Shown in pieces: positions 1 through 10,095 of a stretch of DNA of 64,000 bases; the stretch's first letter is position 1, and the number at the start of each line of letters is the position of its first letter. This stretch comes from a virus. The notes under the pieces were generated by a model. That model was not told the DNA's origin. It saw only the letters and a program-made list of their open reading frames with translations, and did no database searches. The translations under genes and the position numbers were made by a program. The stretch lies in the IMG/VR virus record IMGVR_UViG_3300012964_000010, positions 32,001 to 96,000 of that record; one strand, 5' to 3'.

Positions 1-72
1 TTATCAAGAAATCCAGATCATGAGACCAAAGGAAAAGGGTCTTAAGACCCTTTTCGCTGAATAGTTATTTCT

Positions 73-846
73 TTAGACTAATTTAAACGGTACTTCAGTT
101 ATTGTCACGGTTTCAAGGTGTGCTGTAGCAGTGACTGGTGTCTTTGTTGAATTAGTCACGGCACCGATTGAAGCATATACAGTCTGAGCACCGAGGACAT
201 TTACCGCCACTTGCATTGCAGGTGCGGCAGCAGTCAAATCTTCGCCTGTGTTTGCAGGTGGTGTGCTGTAATCAGGTGTATTAGAACCCCATCCAAATGC
301 AGTTGCTGAACAGGCGAAATAGATAGTAGTTGTAGATCCATAGGACGCATCCGTACCAATCATGACGATATCAGCTTGTTTAGAAATTTCCTTCAATGCA
401 ATATCCGCCGCACTATTTGGAACTGGTCGATTATTTCCGACTACAAAGAAATTTACGGTAACACCAGTGAGATACCCGACTGCACCTAATGTTGCTGGAA
501 CATTTTCGTTTACTGTCACAGTCGTGTTCGGTGCTACATAAACAGAAGAACTAATTGTATAAACACCGTCGTTGACACCAGTGCCCGAAATTATAACACC
601 GGTACCTGCTATAAGAGTTGTTGTATGATCGCCGGAAATAACAAATTGATTTGTCGGATGTATAGTTGACGAAATTAAGGCCGACTTAAGGCTTGCACCA
701 CCGACAACACTAACTGGTAAATTGACTGTACCATCAGAGACGGTCCACGCAAATGTTGTTCCTACACCTACCATTTTAAAAAAACGCAGGCTACCGGTTA
801 TCGTCTGTCCATTGATAATACCGCCATCTACTCTGAATTGTGTCAT
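73..846 (-). CDS. Virion structural protein, paralog of 859..1407 with an inserted ~75-aa beta-rich domain
   Basis: G/T/V/A-rich; N- and C-terminal parts nearly identical to the next ORF. Confidence 0.6.
   Translation of the reverse strand: MTQFRVDGGIINGQTITGSLRFFKMVGVGTTFAWTVSDGTVNLPVSVVGGASLKSALISSTIHPTNQFVISGDHTTTLIAGTGVIISGTGVNDGVYTISSSVYVAPNTTVTVNENVPATLGAVGYLTGVTVNFFVVGNNRPVPNSAADIALKEISKQADIVMIGTDASYGSTTTIYFACSATAFGWGSNTPDYSTPPANTGEDLTAAAPAMQVAVNVLGAQTVYASIGAVTNSTKTPVTATAHLETVTITEVPFKLV
206..324. repeat. 119-bp direct repeat, copy 1 (copy 2 at 995..1113)
   Basis: Aligned by eye at offset 789 with 2 mismatches. Confidence 0.9.
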
Positions 847-858
847 CTTATTCTCTCT

Positions 859-1407
859 TTAGACCAACTTGAATGGAACTTCGGTGATTGTTATACCCGC
901 AAAGCTGACTACGGCAGTCACCGGGGCTTGTTGATTAAGTGGTGCTGTTGAACCTGCTGTGATATACACTGTTGCATTCGGAAGTGCTCTTACTGCCACT
1001 TGCATTGCAGGTGCGGCAGCAGTCAAATCTTCGCCTGTGTTTGCAGGTGGTGTGCTGTAATCAGGTGTGTTAGATCCCCATCCAAATGCAGTTGCTGAAC
1101 AGGCGAAATAGATGATAGCGGTAGATCCATACGATGCATCCATGCCAATCATAACAATATCTGCTTGCTTGGCAATTTCTTTTAAAGCAAGATCTGCTGC
1201 ACTATTTGGAACTGGTCGATTATTACCGACTTCAAAATAAGTTGTGATACCTACGCCCGGACCACCAAGCACACTAACTGGTAAATTGACTGTACCATCG
1301 GAAACAGTCCAGTGAAACTCTGTAGTGGCTGCTGCCATCTTGAAGAAACGAAGACTTCCGGTGAGTGTCTGACTATTGATAATACCGCCGTTGACTTTAA
1401 CTGTCAT
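859..1407 (-). CDS. Virion structural protein (MTxKVNGG family)
   Basis: Paralog of the flanking ORFs; late-promoter motif GATAAATA upstream at ~1432. Confidence 0.6.
   Translation of the reverse strand: MTVKVNGGIINSQTLTGSLRFFKMAAATTEFHWTVSDGTVNLPVSVLGGPGVGITTYFEVGNNRPVPNSAADLALKEIAKQADIVMIGMDASYGSTAIIYFACSATAFGWGSNTPDYSTPPANTGEDLTAAAPAMQVAVRALPNATVYITAGSTAPLNQQAPVTAVVSFAGITITEVPFKLV
995..1113. repeat. 119-bp direct repeat, copy 2
   Basis: Matches 206..324. Confidence 0.9.
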
Positions 1408-1462
1408 TTTGTAATCTCCTACAATTTTATGTATTTATCAGATTGTAGATAATTTCGGAAAT

Positions 1463-1490
1463 AAAAAAAGGGCTCCAAAGAGCCCTTTTT
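1463..1490 (-). terminator. Intrinsic terminator
   Basis: aaaaaagggctc-caaa-gagcccttttt hairpin with A/T tracts. Confidence 0.8.
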
Positions 1491-1503
1491 GTCAATACAC
1501 CAA

Positions 1504-2136
1504 TTAAGCTGTATATGGATTGACTGGATACCAACCAGAAGCACCCATTGGGTTTGCTGCGGAACCAGGTGTTGTACCATCAGTAATTGCTTCAAGTGCA
1601 CCATTGGCAACTGTAGCTGCTGGCATCGAACCGTCCATTGTAACAAATTCGAAACCATATGTAATTGCTGCTGTTGTGGTGACGTTGACAAGTTGACCAA
1701 GAACAACGTTTGTAGAATCACCGACTGCCTTAATAGTAGCATTAACAGTGTTGATTGCTCCGGCAACTGGAACAGAGTAACCTGTTGATGCAGTTGCAGT
1801 AATGAGACCGGCATTTGTAGTAGCAAAGAAACCATCTGAAAAACCAACCATAACGTCAACAGAGTGTGTTGAGGTGTTATATGTACTTACTGCAAGAACA
1901 GTAGCTTGTGTTTCAAGTGTCTTAAGAGCCTGCACAAGTACGCTTTCAACAATGCCGAAAGTCGAATCAGCTGTTGCTGTTGTGCCATTAACCGCTGTTG
2001 TTGTGCCATTAAGAACAACACTGCCACCAGTAGCAGCAATAGTCGAAATGTCAGAACTGAATGTAATTTTGATAAAGGTGACTTGTTTTTCAACCCAGAC
2101 TCCTGGATATGCTGCACCATTAATTTTTGTTGTCAT
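1504..2136 (-). CDS. Virion structural protein (MTTKINGA)
   Basis: T/A/G/V-rich, strong SD (AGGAG), late promoter at ~2182. Confidence 0.55.
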   Translation of the reverse strand: MTTKINGAAYPGVWVEKQVTFIKITFSSDISTIAATGGSVVLNGTTTAVNGTTATADSTFGIVESVLVQALKTLETQATVLAVSTYNTSTHSVDVMVGFSDGFFATTNAGLITATASTGYSVPVAGAINTVNATIKAVGDSTNVVLGQLVNVTTTAAITYGFEFVTMDGSMPAATVANGALEAITDGTTPGSAANPMGASGWYPVNPYTA

Positions 2137-2210
2137 AAAATAACTCCTTAATTTGTGATAGGATTGTCCTATTCATACTTTTATTTATCATTTAGATGAA
2201 ATTTTGAGTC

Positions 2211-2429
2211 TTAATCTATTAAATCCTTAAGGCTAAGATGAATAGGTTGAAGAAGAGAATCATAATGTTTACGGGATTTCATACCCTTTTTCCAGGATTG
2301 AATAACCTTGTTCTTGATACGTGTTAAATTAATATCATCCTTAACATTAGATTTTAACTGGCGTAGGAGTGTTACATACTGGTCAGCATCCAATACATCG
2401 TGGATTTTCATAACTTCATCAATTCTCAT
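2211..2429 (-). CDS. Small hypothetical protein (MRIDEV start)
   Basis: ORF in operon. Confidence 0.6.
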   Translation of the reverse strand: MRIDEVMKIHDVLDADQYVTLLRQLKSNVKDDINLTRIKNKVIQSWKKGMKSRKHYDSLLQPIHLSLKDLID

Positions 2430-2431
2430 TA

Positions 2432-2962
2432 TTATTTCCTATTTCGTCCTAATTGTTTTTGTTCAGCAGCACGAATTAATTCAGGCAATGCAGTTCTTTC
2501 TTCTCGAACAATTTCTGTAAAGATTTTTCTAACATCTTCGATCATTGCCTTGCCTTGATACGCATGTGATTCCTTGAACCCATATTCCTTCTGCATAAAG
2601 GCAATAATATCTTTGTCAATGCCAGCTTTCTTCGCGTATTGTGCTATCTTTAGAATTGCAGGGCTGGCAGTGGGTTCAATGTATTCATCCTCATCAGACT
2701 TTCCGAAGGCACCAGCAAATACCTTATTAATTTCTTTCTTGTCAAATCCAAAATCTTTTAGTATATTTTCGATGTCTCTAATATCATCGGGATAACCAGA
2801 CTCTTGCCATGCTTTTTGTAAATCGCCAACATCTACCTTATCTTTACGAAGAGATTTAAACACAGAACCGAGACCGGTGGGTTTGCCCCTTAAATCAGAG
2901 GCAACGTTAAAAACTGCCCTGATATCACCTGGATTAACTTGTGACTCAACTATCTTACGCAT
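2432..2962 (-). CDS. Hypothetical protein
   Basis: ORF coupled to neighbours. Confidence 0.7.
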   Translation of the reverse strand: MRKIVESQVNPGDIRAVFNVASDLRGKPTGLGSVFKSLRKDKVDVGDLQKAWQESGYPDDIRDIENILKDFGFDKKEINKVFAGAFGKSDEDEYIEPTASPAILKIAQYAKKAGIDKDIIAFMQKEYGFKESHAYQGKAMIEDVRKIFTEIVREERTALPELIRAAEQKQLGRNRK

Positions 2963-3689
2963 TTGTCAAAGCCCTCCATAATGCCATTCTTTGTTGTTCA
3001 TTCATAGAATCCCGAATAAGACGTTTAATCTTATTCACCTCTTCGCGCCTTACCTCTTGTGGATCACGCTGTGGCATCTGAGCTTCAGCACCTTTTTTAG
3101 CTTTAGCCTTTGGTTGCGAAAGCATTGAAAAAATCTGTTCAATATCTTTTTCACTCATTTCTGCCGCAGGTTCATCCTGCATAGCTTCCTTGACTGTTTT
3201 GTAACGGTATTTGAATCTTGGTTTTCTCTTTGGCTCTTCTGGTGCCGCCGGTGTTGGCGGAACACTTGTTCCAATTCTTGCCTGAGGTCTAATGTCTCTA
3301 TATTCAACATCAGTTGCATCATCAGTTGAAAACTTTTTAGGTTTTGCGGATGGTGCTTTTGGTGGTTCACCACTGGGTGGTACTTGTTGTGTAGGAGCAC
3401 CGGGTGGTACTTGTTGTTGTGTAGCAGGTAAATCGGGTGTGGGTGCGGCTGGGCGAGGTTTGCTTGCCACAGACTGAATTGCATTTTCGATAGACTTGTC
3501 GTCAAAGTCAGTCTTAGACTGTAAAAAAGTTCTAACATCATCTGTTGTGACTTTTCTATTGTATTTAAGCTGGCCAGTCTCTGGATCGGATTGCATACCT
3601 ACAATCCGATTATTCTTAAGAAATTGAATCCACTCTCTTGTAAGTTCTGGATTAGATGCCATTTCCGTCATCATCCTCATCACATTCAC
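2955..3689 (-). CDS. Hypothetical protein with Pro/Gln-rich linker (true start probably MASNPEL at ~3662)
   Basis: 244-aa ORF; TQQVPP repeated. Confidence 0.7.
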   Translation of the reverse strand: MNVMRMMTEMASNPELTREWIQFLKNNRIVGMQSDPETGQLKYNRKVTTDDVRTFLQSKTDFDDKSIENAIQSVASKPRPAAPTPDLPATQQQVPPGAPTQQVPPSGEPPKAPSAKPKKFSTDDATDVEYRDIRPQARIGTSVPPTPAAPEEPKRKPRFKYRYKTVKEAMQDEPAAEMSEKDIEQIFSMLSQPKAKAKKGAEAQMPQRDPQEVRREEVNKIKRLIRDSMNEQQRMALWRALTNA

Positions 3690-3936
3690 CGGATTTAATT
3701 CTCTTCACCATACGAGTAAATCTGTTGGGATCTGATCCTTTTATACTGGAGATAAATCGTTTCTTCAGCATATCAGCATCAGAAGATGTGAAACTTTCAT
3801 CTATAGATTCGAGCAGGTTAATGGCCGAAACTATAATATGTTGTGCCCGGGCTTCAATGAGATCTTCTTTGCTTTTTTGGGGAACATAGGTACTAATTTC
3901 CTCAAGAATGGATCTGCTTTTACGATTAATGGACAA
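3652..3936 (-). CDS. Conserved hypothetical phage protein
   Basis: SD GGAG; late promoter at ~3961. Confidence 0.7.
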   Translation of the reverse strand: MSINRKSRSILEEISTYVPQKSKEDLIEARAQHIIVSAINLLESIDESFTSSDADMLKKRFISSIKGSDPNRFTRMVKRIKSGECDEDDDGNGI

Positions 3937-3973
3937 TTCATTATCTCCAGTGTATTCAACTATTTATCAACTT

Positions 3974-5440
3974 TTATCGTTTCTTAAGAAAAGCCCGGAG
4001 GCCGGCGGCGCCTTCTAATGGATTTACTTTTGTAGAAGCAACGTTGGATCCCGGAGTACCTGTGACCTTTGTTACTTCACCAGTAGTTGGATCAATTTTT
4101 TCACCAGATCTAATTACACTTTTCTTCTGCAACTGTTCATAAATGCTCTTCGAAGATGCCTTAATCGCATCATCGTCGCCTTCTTCGAGGTCACTAATTC
4201 TTAGACTCTTATTGTTGAATGCTAAATCGACTTTGGAACCGACACCAGAACTCGAGCGAGTTTTCATAAATTGAATTTGGTATCGGCCACCTTCCTTCAT
4301 AGCTGCACTTGTAAAAATACCAATCACGTTATCTGCTGTGTTGACTTTAGAAATACCGCCGGCAATGTGACTTGGATCAAATTCAATTTCCTCATAAGAG
4401 CCACGATTTAACTGCGAAGCCGAGACAGTAACAATTTGCAATTCGACTGCCAAGTTACGCAATTCTTCAGTTACATATTTGTCCTTGACAAATAGATTTT
4501 CTGCAGAAATCTTCTTGCTCATTGGCATCATTAAATCTAAATAATCAACAAGAATTGCATCAACTTTAATGCCGGCTTGTATTTCATATTCTTTAATATA
4601 TGCTCGAACATCATTAGAGGTACAGCCATTTGGCAATTGCTTGATTCTTAAAGAGCCCCTATGCTTCATTTGAGAAGCTCGAAGTTTCATATGAACATCA
4701 TCAATATTGCGCATCACTTCGCGTGTTTCGTAACCTGTGTGCATTGCATCAATACGCATTGCACATAAATTTTCACTAAGTTCAAGCGAAAGATAAACCA
4801 CATTTAAACCAGATAAGGCCCAATTTACTGCAAGGTTCTGCAAGAACAAGGATTTACCTGCACCGGACTGTCCAGCAAAGATAGTAATTTCACCTTTGTT
4901 TAGACCACCATATAGCTTTTCATCTACTGTTTTCCATCCTGTCGATACCTGACCTTTTCCTTCGCGGATAGATTCAAGTCGTTCTTTTGGATTGGCGTAG
5001 TAATCTGTTCCAAGATCCTTGACCAGTGCAATCTGAACTGCTGCCTTAATAGTCGCTTCAACTTCACCGTAACGTCCCTCGTCAAGATATTCTGGTGAAG
5101 CTAAAATTGCATCACGCAGCGCTTTGTGACGACAAAATCTTTCAAATTCCCGAAGAAACCAATTATCGTGCTTTGCAGCCTCGACTTCCATTAAAAAAAT
5201 GTCTTTATCGGTTACTGCCTTAATCTGTTGCAATGACGGAATATTTGAATAATCTGTGCTGTAAGATTCGATGAAAGCAATTGTGTCTTTATTTTGCTTA
5301 TTATCAAAATATTGCGGCTTGATAATACCTTTACAACGAATAAACAGGTCGGGTTTACTCACCATAAAGCTAATAAACAAATCCTCTATTTCCTTGCTAT
5401 AATTTGTAATTTCGCTTGTGTTTTCTTCTTCTTTCATCAT
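3974..5440 (-). CDS. 41: Replicative DnaB-like helicase (T4 gp41-like)
   Basis: Walker A GQSGAGKS, ILVDYLDLM, SASQLNR. Confidence 0.95.
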   Translation of the reverse strand: MMKEEENTSEITNYSKEIEDLFISFMVSKPDLFIRCKGIIKPQYFDNKQNKDTIAFIESYSTDYSNIPSLQQIKAVTDKDIFLMEVEAAKHDNWFLREFERFCRHKALRDAILASPEYLDEGRYGEVEATIKAAVQIALVKDLGTDYYANPKERLESIREGKGQVSTGWKTVDEKLYGGLNKGEITIFAGQSGAGKSLFLQNLAVNWALSGLNVVYLSLELSENLCAMRIDAMHTGYETREVMRNIDDVHMKLRASQMKHRGSLRIKQLPNGCTSNDVRAYIKEYEIQAGIKVDAILVDYLDLMMPMSKKISAENLFVKDKYVTEELRNLAVELQIVTVSASQLNRGSYEEIEFDPSHIAGGISKVNTADNVIGIFTSAAMKEGGRYQIQFMKTRSSSGVGSKVDLAFNNKSLRISDLEEGDDDAIKASSKSIYEQLQKKSVIRSGEKIDPTTGEVTKVTGTPGSNVASTKVNPLEGAAGLRAFLKKR

Positions 5441-6504
5441 CGCATCTTACGCTCCCGTTCTGCCTGTTCTATCTTCCATTTTAATTCTATACGTTCTTTT
5501 CCCGAAACAGCTGATGCAATTATCGAATGAATTGTGAGTAATCTTCCATACTTTTCAACTGCTTTCGAAGCATCCTTGATACCGGGTTCCCATTTAGGAA
5601 AGGATACTGGCCAATTATTATCAATTGCTGCCTTAACCAGATCCCATCCTTTCCTGTCCTTGTCTGGACAAACAATGGGTTGTTTCTGTAATCGATTAAT
5701 AATATCGATTTTTGTTTGGTTGATTTCGCCTAATATGCCTACACCATCTGTAATGTATGCATCAAGAACACCTTCATTAACAATGACATATTTACGTGCC
5801 CAATCTTGTTGGTGATCGAGATTATAGACAAAATCCGTGGGTGATTGCTGATAGTATTTGGGTATTTCTTTACCATCGGTATCATAGCATAGTCTTGATG
5901 TAAATCCTACTATTTTCTGCTTATAATAGTATGGAATAATCAGTCTCTGATTTAGATTATGTGTCTTAGTTGGCGACCAATAAAAATGATCTAAATCATA
6001 TATATTTCTGCTTAATGCATAATCTATAACACGCAAGAAATCTGGATCCTCTAATCCTGCTTCCAACCACTCTGCGATTGATAAAGAATCCTGTGGAAGG
6101 TCTGTTGATTTCCATCGGTTAAACAAGTTTCTAAACTTACTCTCAACATCAACCAACTTTTCTCCTGTCTCACCTTCCCTGATATTTTGAATGCTATTCC
6201 TCTGTTTAAATATCTCAAACTCAATCTGTTTGATAAGCTCTGGATCAATATTAATCTGTCCCATGAAGAATTTAAATGATTTTGATAATTCCTTACCGTC
6301 TGTGTAACCAGCAGAAAACCCGCAATTAAAACAATTTAATGCAATTGATGTAGGATTAAATTGTATGCCAAATCTGTGGCGAGTATCGCGATTATGCCCC
6401 TGGGTGTGGCATAGCATACAATTTCGTTTTTGCCAATTCTTTGGTGCCTGTTTTAATGGCCCAATATTTGATAATATGGCATCTTTTAATATATCGATAA
6501 TCAT
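5437..6504 (-). CDS. 61: DNA primase (T4 gp61-like)
   Basis: N-terminal Zn finger (CMLC...CFNC), TOPRIM EGVLDA and PDKD; adjacent to the helicase. Confidence 0.9.
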   Translation of the reverse strand: MIIDILKDAILSNIGPLKQAPKNWQKRNCMLCHTQGHNRDTRHRFGIQFNPTSIALNCFNCGFSAGYTDGKELSKSFKFFMGQINIDPELIKQIEFEIFKQRNSIQNIREGETGEKLVDVESKFRNLFNRWKSTDLPQDSLSIAEWLEAGLEDPDFLRVIDYALSRNIYDLDHFYWSPTKTHNLNQRLIIPYYYKQKIVGFTSRLCYDTDGKEIPKYYQQSPTDFVYNLDHQQDWARKYVIVNEGVLDAYITDGVGILGEINQTKIDIINRLQKQPIVCPDKDRKGWDLVKAAIDNNWPVSFPKWEPGIKDASKAVEKYGRLLTIHSIIASAVSGKERIELKWKIEQAERERKMR

Positions 6505-6510
6505 TTAGTA

Positions 6511-6539
6511 AGTATAGCATGACCTGTCACGAAAATCAA
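6511..6539 (-). promoter_or_regulatory. Sigma70-type promoter for primase-helicase
   Basis: TTGATT-N17-TATACT. Confidence 0.6.
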
Positions 6540-6558
6540 CTACATTATACCACGGTAC

Positions 6559-7182
6559 TCAGATATATAAATCTTTTTCGTTCTTGAATTTTGTAACGTA
6601 CTTGGGATTAAGGTCGCCGCGGCGGAATGCTCTTAAGCCAACATTATATGCATGAACAGTATCTTCGATATTCTTTAGTCGACTGCTGTATTTTGAGAGT
6701 ATATCTGATGCTGCTGCAATTTGCTGTTCAATATCGCCTTTAAGTTCGTTTGCATCGAGTCCCCATACTCCTGGACGAATTTGTGTAAGTCCCACTGCTG
6801 GATCAGACTTCAAACCAGAAACTGCCTGTGGATTAAAACTACTTTCGATTCCAATAATTGCTAACAAATCCTCTGCTTTCGGAAATATTGGTTTTTCATA
6901 TTTTTTAGCAAGTGTTACAATCTTCTTTGCTAATTCGGAATCAACATTATATTTACTGGTGACAATATCAACAAGTTTTGATATTTCAGGATCTTCTTGT
7001 TTTGCCGAAACCTCGCCCTTCTGGTATGTTTGTGATACTGCAGGCGTAGGCTCTTGTGGCTTTTGTGTGGTAGGTGCGGGACTGCCCGCTGTGGCCAATG
7101 CTAAAGAACCGGCTGCAATTGCACGTTTAAGATTAATTTCATCCAGTTGCTGTTCGGACAACACCATTTCATATAATCGCAT
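6559..7182 (-). CDS. Lytic transglycosylase (SLT domain)
   Basis: IESSFNPQA, AVGLTQI, AYNVG motifs. Confidence 0.9.
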   Translation of the reverse strand: MRLYEMVLSEQQLDEINLKRAIAAGSLALATAGSPAPTTQKPQEPTPAVSQTYQKGEVSAKQEDPEISKLVDIVTSKYNVDSELAKKIVTLAKKYEKPIFPKAEDLLAIIGIESSFNPQAVSGLKSDPAVGLTQIRPGVWGLDANELKGDIEQQIAAASDILSKYSSRLKNIEDTVHAYNVGLRAFRRGDLNPKYVTKFKNEKDLYI

Positions 7183-7183
7183 A

Positions 7184-8053
7184 TTAAATCCTAACTATAA
7201 GTTTTTCAAATGTGCCTGGATCAAGAACCTGTGTGCTTGGAATATATCTGAACTTTACCCACATAAAGTTTGCAGAGAATGCCCAGGCTTGTGTACCAGT
7301 ATATCCAACGTATTGAATATCCTGGGACATCGCGGATGGATAGATCTTGAACCAACGCGATGGCGATAGATACGGGTTTGGTGTTTCTTCTAAACTTCCC
7401 CAAATTTCGAGTGTACCCGTGAAATTCTTTGTATAGGTCGAGAATGTGTGAACAGAGTTAACATGGTTCAACACTCTTGCACCCGGAATACGTGGTGTAT
7501 AAAAAGACGGAAGAAGAGGTCCAGTTGCCGGAAGATTTATATCTGGTGTCCAATCCGCTGGTAAGAAAGTAAAACTGTCAAGTGGTGCCTTAAATGCTTG
7601 TTCTGTGATTTCTATTTCCATTTCGACGTTGTTATTCATATCACTATATAGCGGCTTTTCAACATAGTAATCTGTAACGTTAGCAACAAAATTCTCAGTT
7701 CTAACTAAGACCATTGTATACAAACCTGGTGCAATTAGCGCAATATCGCCACCATCTATTTCGAGAGTGATAACACCCTTGGCTGGGCCAACACGACATA
7801 ATTTTTCTAAGACAACAGTGTTATTATCTGAATTAATGATGCGTGCATATACCTGCTGGTTATCGGGAATATTGTAAGGTATTCTATCAGGCCCGAGTGC
7901 TCTGAAAATTATTTTATTGTCGAGCCCTTTATGAGCCAGAATTGGATTCTTATTCATTGGACCATTATCCTTAAATGGACAGAAGGTGTCGCCAACTGCA
8001 AGAAGTTGCCTAACGTGGTCATATAAATATACCTTGTGAAATGTGACGTCCAT
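7184..8053 (-). CDS. Probable virion structural protein
   Basis: Beta-rich composition, late promoter at ~8072. Confidence 0.5.
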   Translation of the reverse strand: MDVTFHKVYLYDHVRQLLAVGDTFCPFKDNGPMNKNPILAHKGLDNKIIFRALGPDRIPYNIPDNQQVYARIINSDNNTVVLEKLCRVGPAKGVITLEIDGGDIALIAPGLYTMVLVRTENFVANVTDYYVEKPLYSDMNNNVEMEIEITEQAFKAPLDSFTFLPADWTPDINLPATGPLLPSFYTPRIPGARVLNHVNSVHTFSTYTKNFTGTLEIWGSLEETPNPYLSPSRWFKIYPSAMSQDIQYVGYTGTQAWAFSANFMWVKFRYIPSTQVLDPGTFEKLIVRI

Positions 8054-8135
8054 CTGTGATTGCCTTTTCTTATATTTATCACAAACATCACCAAAAAAAG
8101 TTTCATTCGATTAGAAACTATATAAATAAAGCAAT

Positions 8136-8507
8136 ATGATAAATCTTGACGAAATTAAAGAAAAGTTCCCGTTTTTAAGCGGACTGAGGTGCCAAACAAC
8201 CGAATACATTGGCATTATTCAGAATTCTGATGACAAAATCATAAGTTTCTACGACTACGAATCTATTCGCTCTCCAGAAGAAAAGGCGCTCTTTCTTGAA
8301 CTCGGGGATACTTGGTGGTGGGAGAGCAATCGTTTGCTTCCTATTAACATATTCTTGCAAGGACAGATGCAAGATTTCCGCTATTGTCTTAAAACTGTTG
8401 TGAATAAAGATGTAGAGATAATGTTCGGATCTGTAACAAGCTTGAACAATATTATGCGTAAGAGAATTAAGAAACGTCAGATTCAACTTATTCGACGAGC
8501 GGATTAA
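8136..8507 (+). CDS. Conserved hypothetical phage protein
   Basis: WWWESNR motif; TATAAATA promoter at ~8120. Confidence 0.8.
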   Translation: MINLDEIKEKFPFLSGLRCQTTEYIGIIQNSDDKIISFYDYESIRSPEEKALFLELGDTWWWESNRLLPINIFLQGQMQDFRYCLKTVVNKDVEIMFGSVTSLNNIMRKRIKKRQIQLIRRAD

Positions 8508-9004
8508 AATATCTCTGCTGTTATCCACGTGTCGCCGACATCAGCAACCAGTTGTCGGCGTCTAAGCCACTGGCGAAGATTTCCTAACGACTTGAGTTGT
8601 TGACCATAAACATAATCAAATCCTAAATTTCGTGGAATAGATTTCAGTTTATCGCCGAATCCTCGTCGGCGATACTCCGGTAAAACTACCAAGGCTATAC
8701 CTTCAACGCCGCGTTTGTTGGCAAAGTTTTCAAGATCGACAAAAACCTTTGCATTTGGTTCTTCTTGTATTGTATCAATAATATTGCCAGGCCGTAATAG
8801 ATAGATACCTGCCAACTTGCCATTAACTACTAATTTCTTGGATATATTCCAATCAGTGTTTTTATTTATGTGTGAAGCTACCTGGTCGGAACCACCCTCC
8901 TCGTATCCACCAAACTCATTAACAGCTAAATTAAGGGAATCCTCAATGTCATTGCTGCCGATTGGTAAAATTCCATCTGTGTTCTCAATTTCAAATAATT
9001 TCAT
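8504..9004 (-). CDS. GNAT-family acetyltransferase
   Basis: VLPEYRRRGFG acetyl-CoA-binding motif A. Confidence 0.75.
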   Translation of the reverse strand: MKLFEIENTDGILPIGSNDIEDSLNLAVNEFGGYEEGGSDQVASHINKNTDWNISKKLVVNGKLAGIYLLRPGNIIDTIQEEPNAKVFVDLENFANKRGVEGIALVVLPEYRRRGFGDKLKSIPRNLGFDYVYGQQLKSLGNLRQWLRRRQLVADVGDTWITAEIF

Positions 9005-9028
9005 ACCTATATTTATCTTATTTTTATC

Positions 9029-9235
9029 CTATTCACCCAATCTATAGACATAATTATAGATATTAATACCTTTTAATTTAAGGTATACTATATCCTCATT
9101 GGTAAAATCTTCTTCATCCATCCTGCGTATAGTATTCATAAGGATTCAGTAATCTTCATCGAGATTACCCCTTAATTTAATCTTGCTATCCGTATCTATC
9201 ACAAGACCGCAAATTCTTCTGGTCGGTTTAATCAT
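9029..9235 (-). pseudogene. 68-codon ORF interrupted by one in-frame TGA (9146..9148)
   Basis: Manual translation MIKPTRR...DEDY*ILMNT...EDIVYLKLKG... Confidence 0.45.
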
Positions 9236-9821
9236 GTTCTGCAGACATCTGCTCAATCAACAAATGAAGATTTACGATAATTGCAATTGCATAAGAAATT
9301 CCGTGCGCTCTTTTAAATTGATAACCTTCATCATCGTTCTTTACCCATACTTCTCTTCTAATCCTGTCCCATCCCTCTTTTTGTAGATAGGCTTTTGATG
9401 GACGAATAATTGCAAGAATCATAGCTAAGTCTTCAACCGATATTGGTTTAAACTTCTTTAATAGATGACTATGCCCTTTTAAATGAAATAGTTTGTCAGT
9501 AATCTCTTCATACTGAAAAAAGTCCCACGGTGGTTCTCTATTAATTAACTCTAAAAGGTGTTCCTCGTTTCTGACATTTTCGTACATATTGACGTTTAAA
9601 AAGTCAATCTTAAAGTAACCATAATCGTTGGCAATTCTATGATCTAATGTGGAAATATTAGTTGTAGGATCTCGCGGAATATTTTGAAAATAAACACCAG
9701 TTGGATGTTTTTCAAACTTATCATCGATGCGATCAATGCGACCATAAACACATTCGATGCCCTCTAAGATTTTATCTCTTCCAACTACATCGATATCAAC
9801 ATCTGTTGTAACTACTCGCAT
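9228..9821 (-). CDS. Miniature DnaE (Pol III alpha)-like protein
   Basis: DVDID, KHPTGV, GYFKIDFL, FKRAHGISYA correspond to DnaE motifs. Confidence 0.8.
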   Translation of the reverse strand: MRVVTTDVDIDVVGRDKILEGIECVYGRIDRIDDKFEKHPTGVYFQNIPRDPTTNISTLDHRIANDYGYFKIDFLNVNMYENVRNEEHLLELINREPPWDFFQYEEITDKLFHLKGHSHLLKKFKPISVEDLAMILAIIRPSKAYLQKEGWDRIRREVWVKNDDEGYQFKRAHGISYAIAIIVNLHLLIEQMSAEHD

Positions 9822-9822
9822 A

Positions 9823-10095
9823 TTATTTCCAAATCTTACCCTGCCAATACATTTTAAAGAATAATCGATGTTCCGGATCTGCTATTCTCCAGGCACTTAT
9901 GTCATGAAAACCTTCGTTACTATCCGACCATTTTGTTATCAAATCAACATCAATTCCATTATCGTTACACCATTCAAACACTTTATTGCCGAAAAGAGTG
10001 AATACTCCGGTTAGGCCAGATTCACTCTTTATAGTAACATCATCTGGTTCAACAAGAAACGTTGATTGAATATTAGAGGTAATTCTTACTGTCAT
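9823..10095 (-). CDS. Small hypothetical protein (ED..F.L.W family)
   Basis: C-terminal family motif. Confidence 0.6.
   Translation of the reverse strand: MTVRITSNIQSTFLVEPDDVTIKSESGLTGVFTLFGNKVFEWCNDNGIDVDLITKWSDSNEGFHDISAWRIADPEHRLFFKMYWQGKIWK

Noticed and set aside
73-1407. Diversity-generating retroelement template/variable repeat pair
   Set aside because: Both copies are coding, there are only two mismatches, and no reverse transcriptase is in the window
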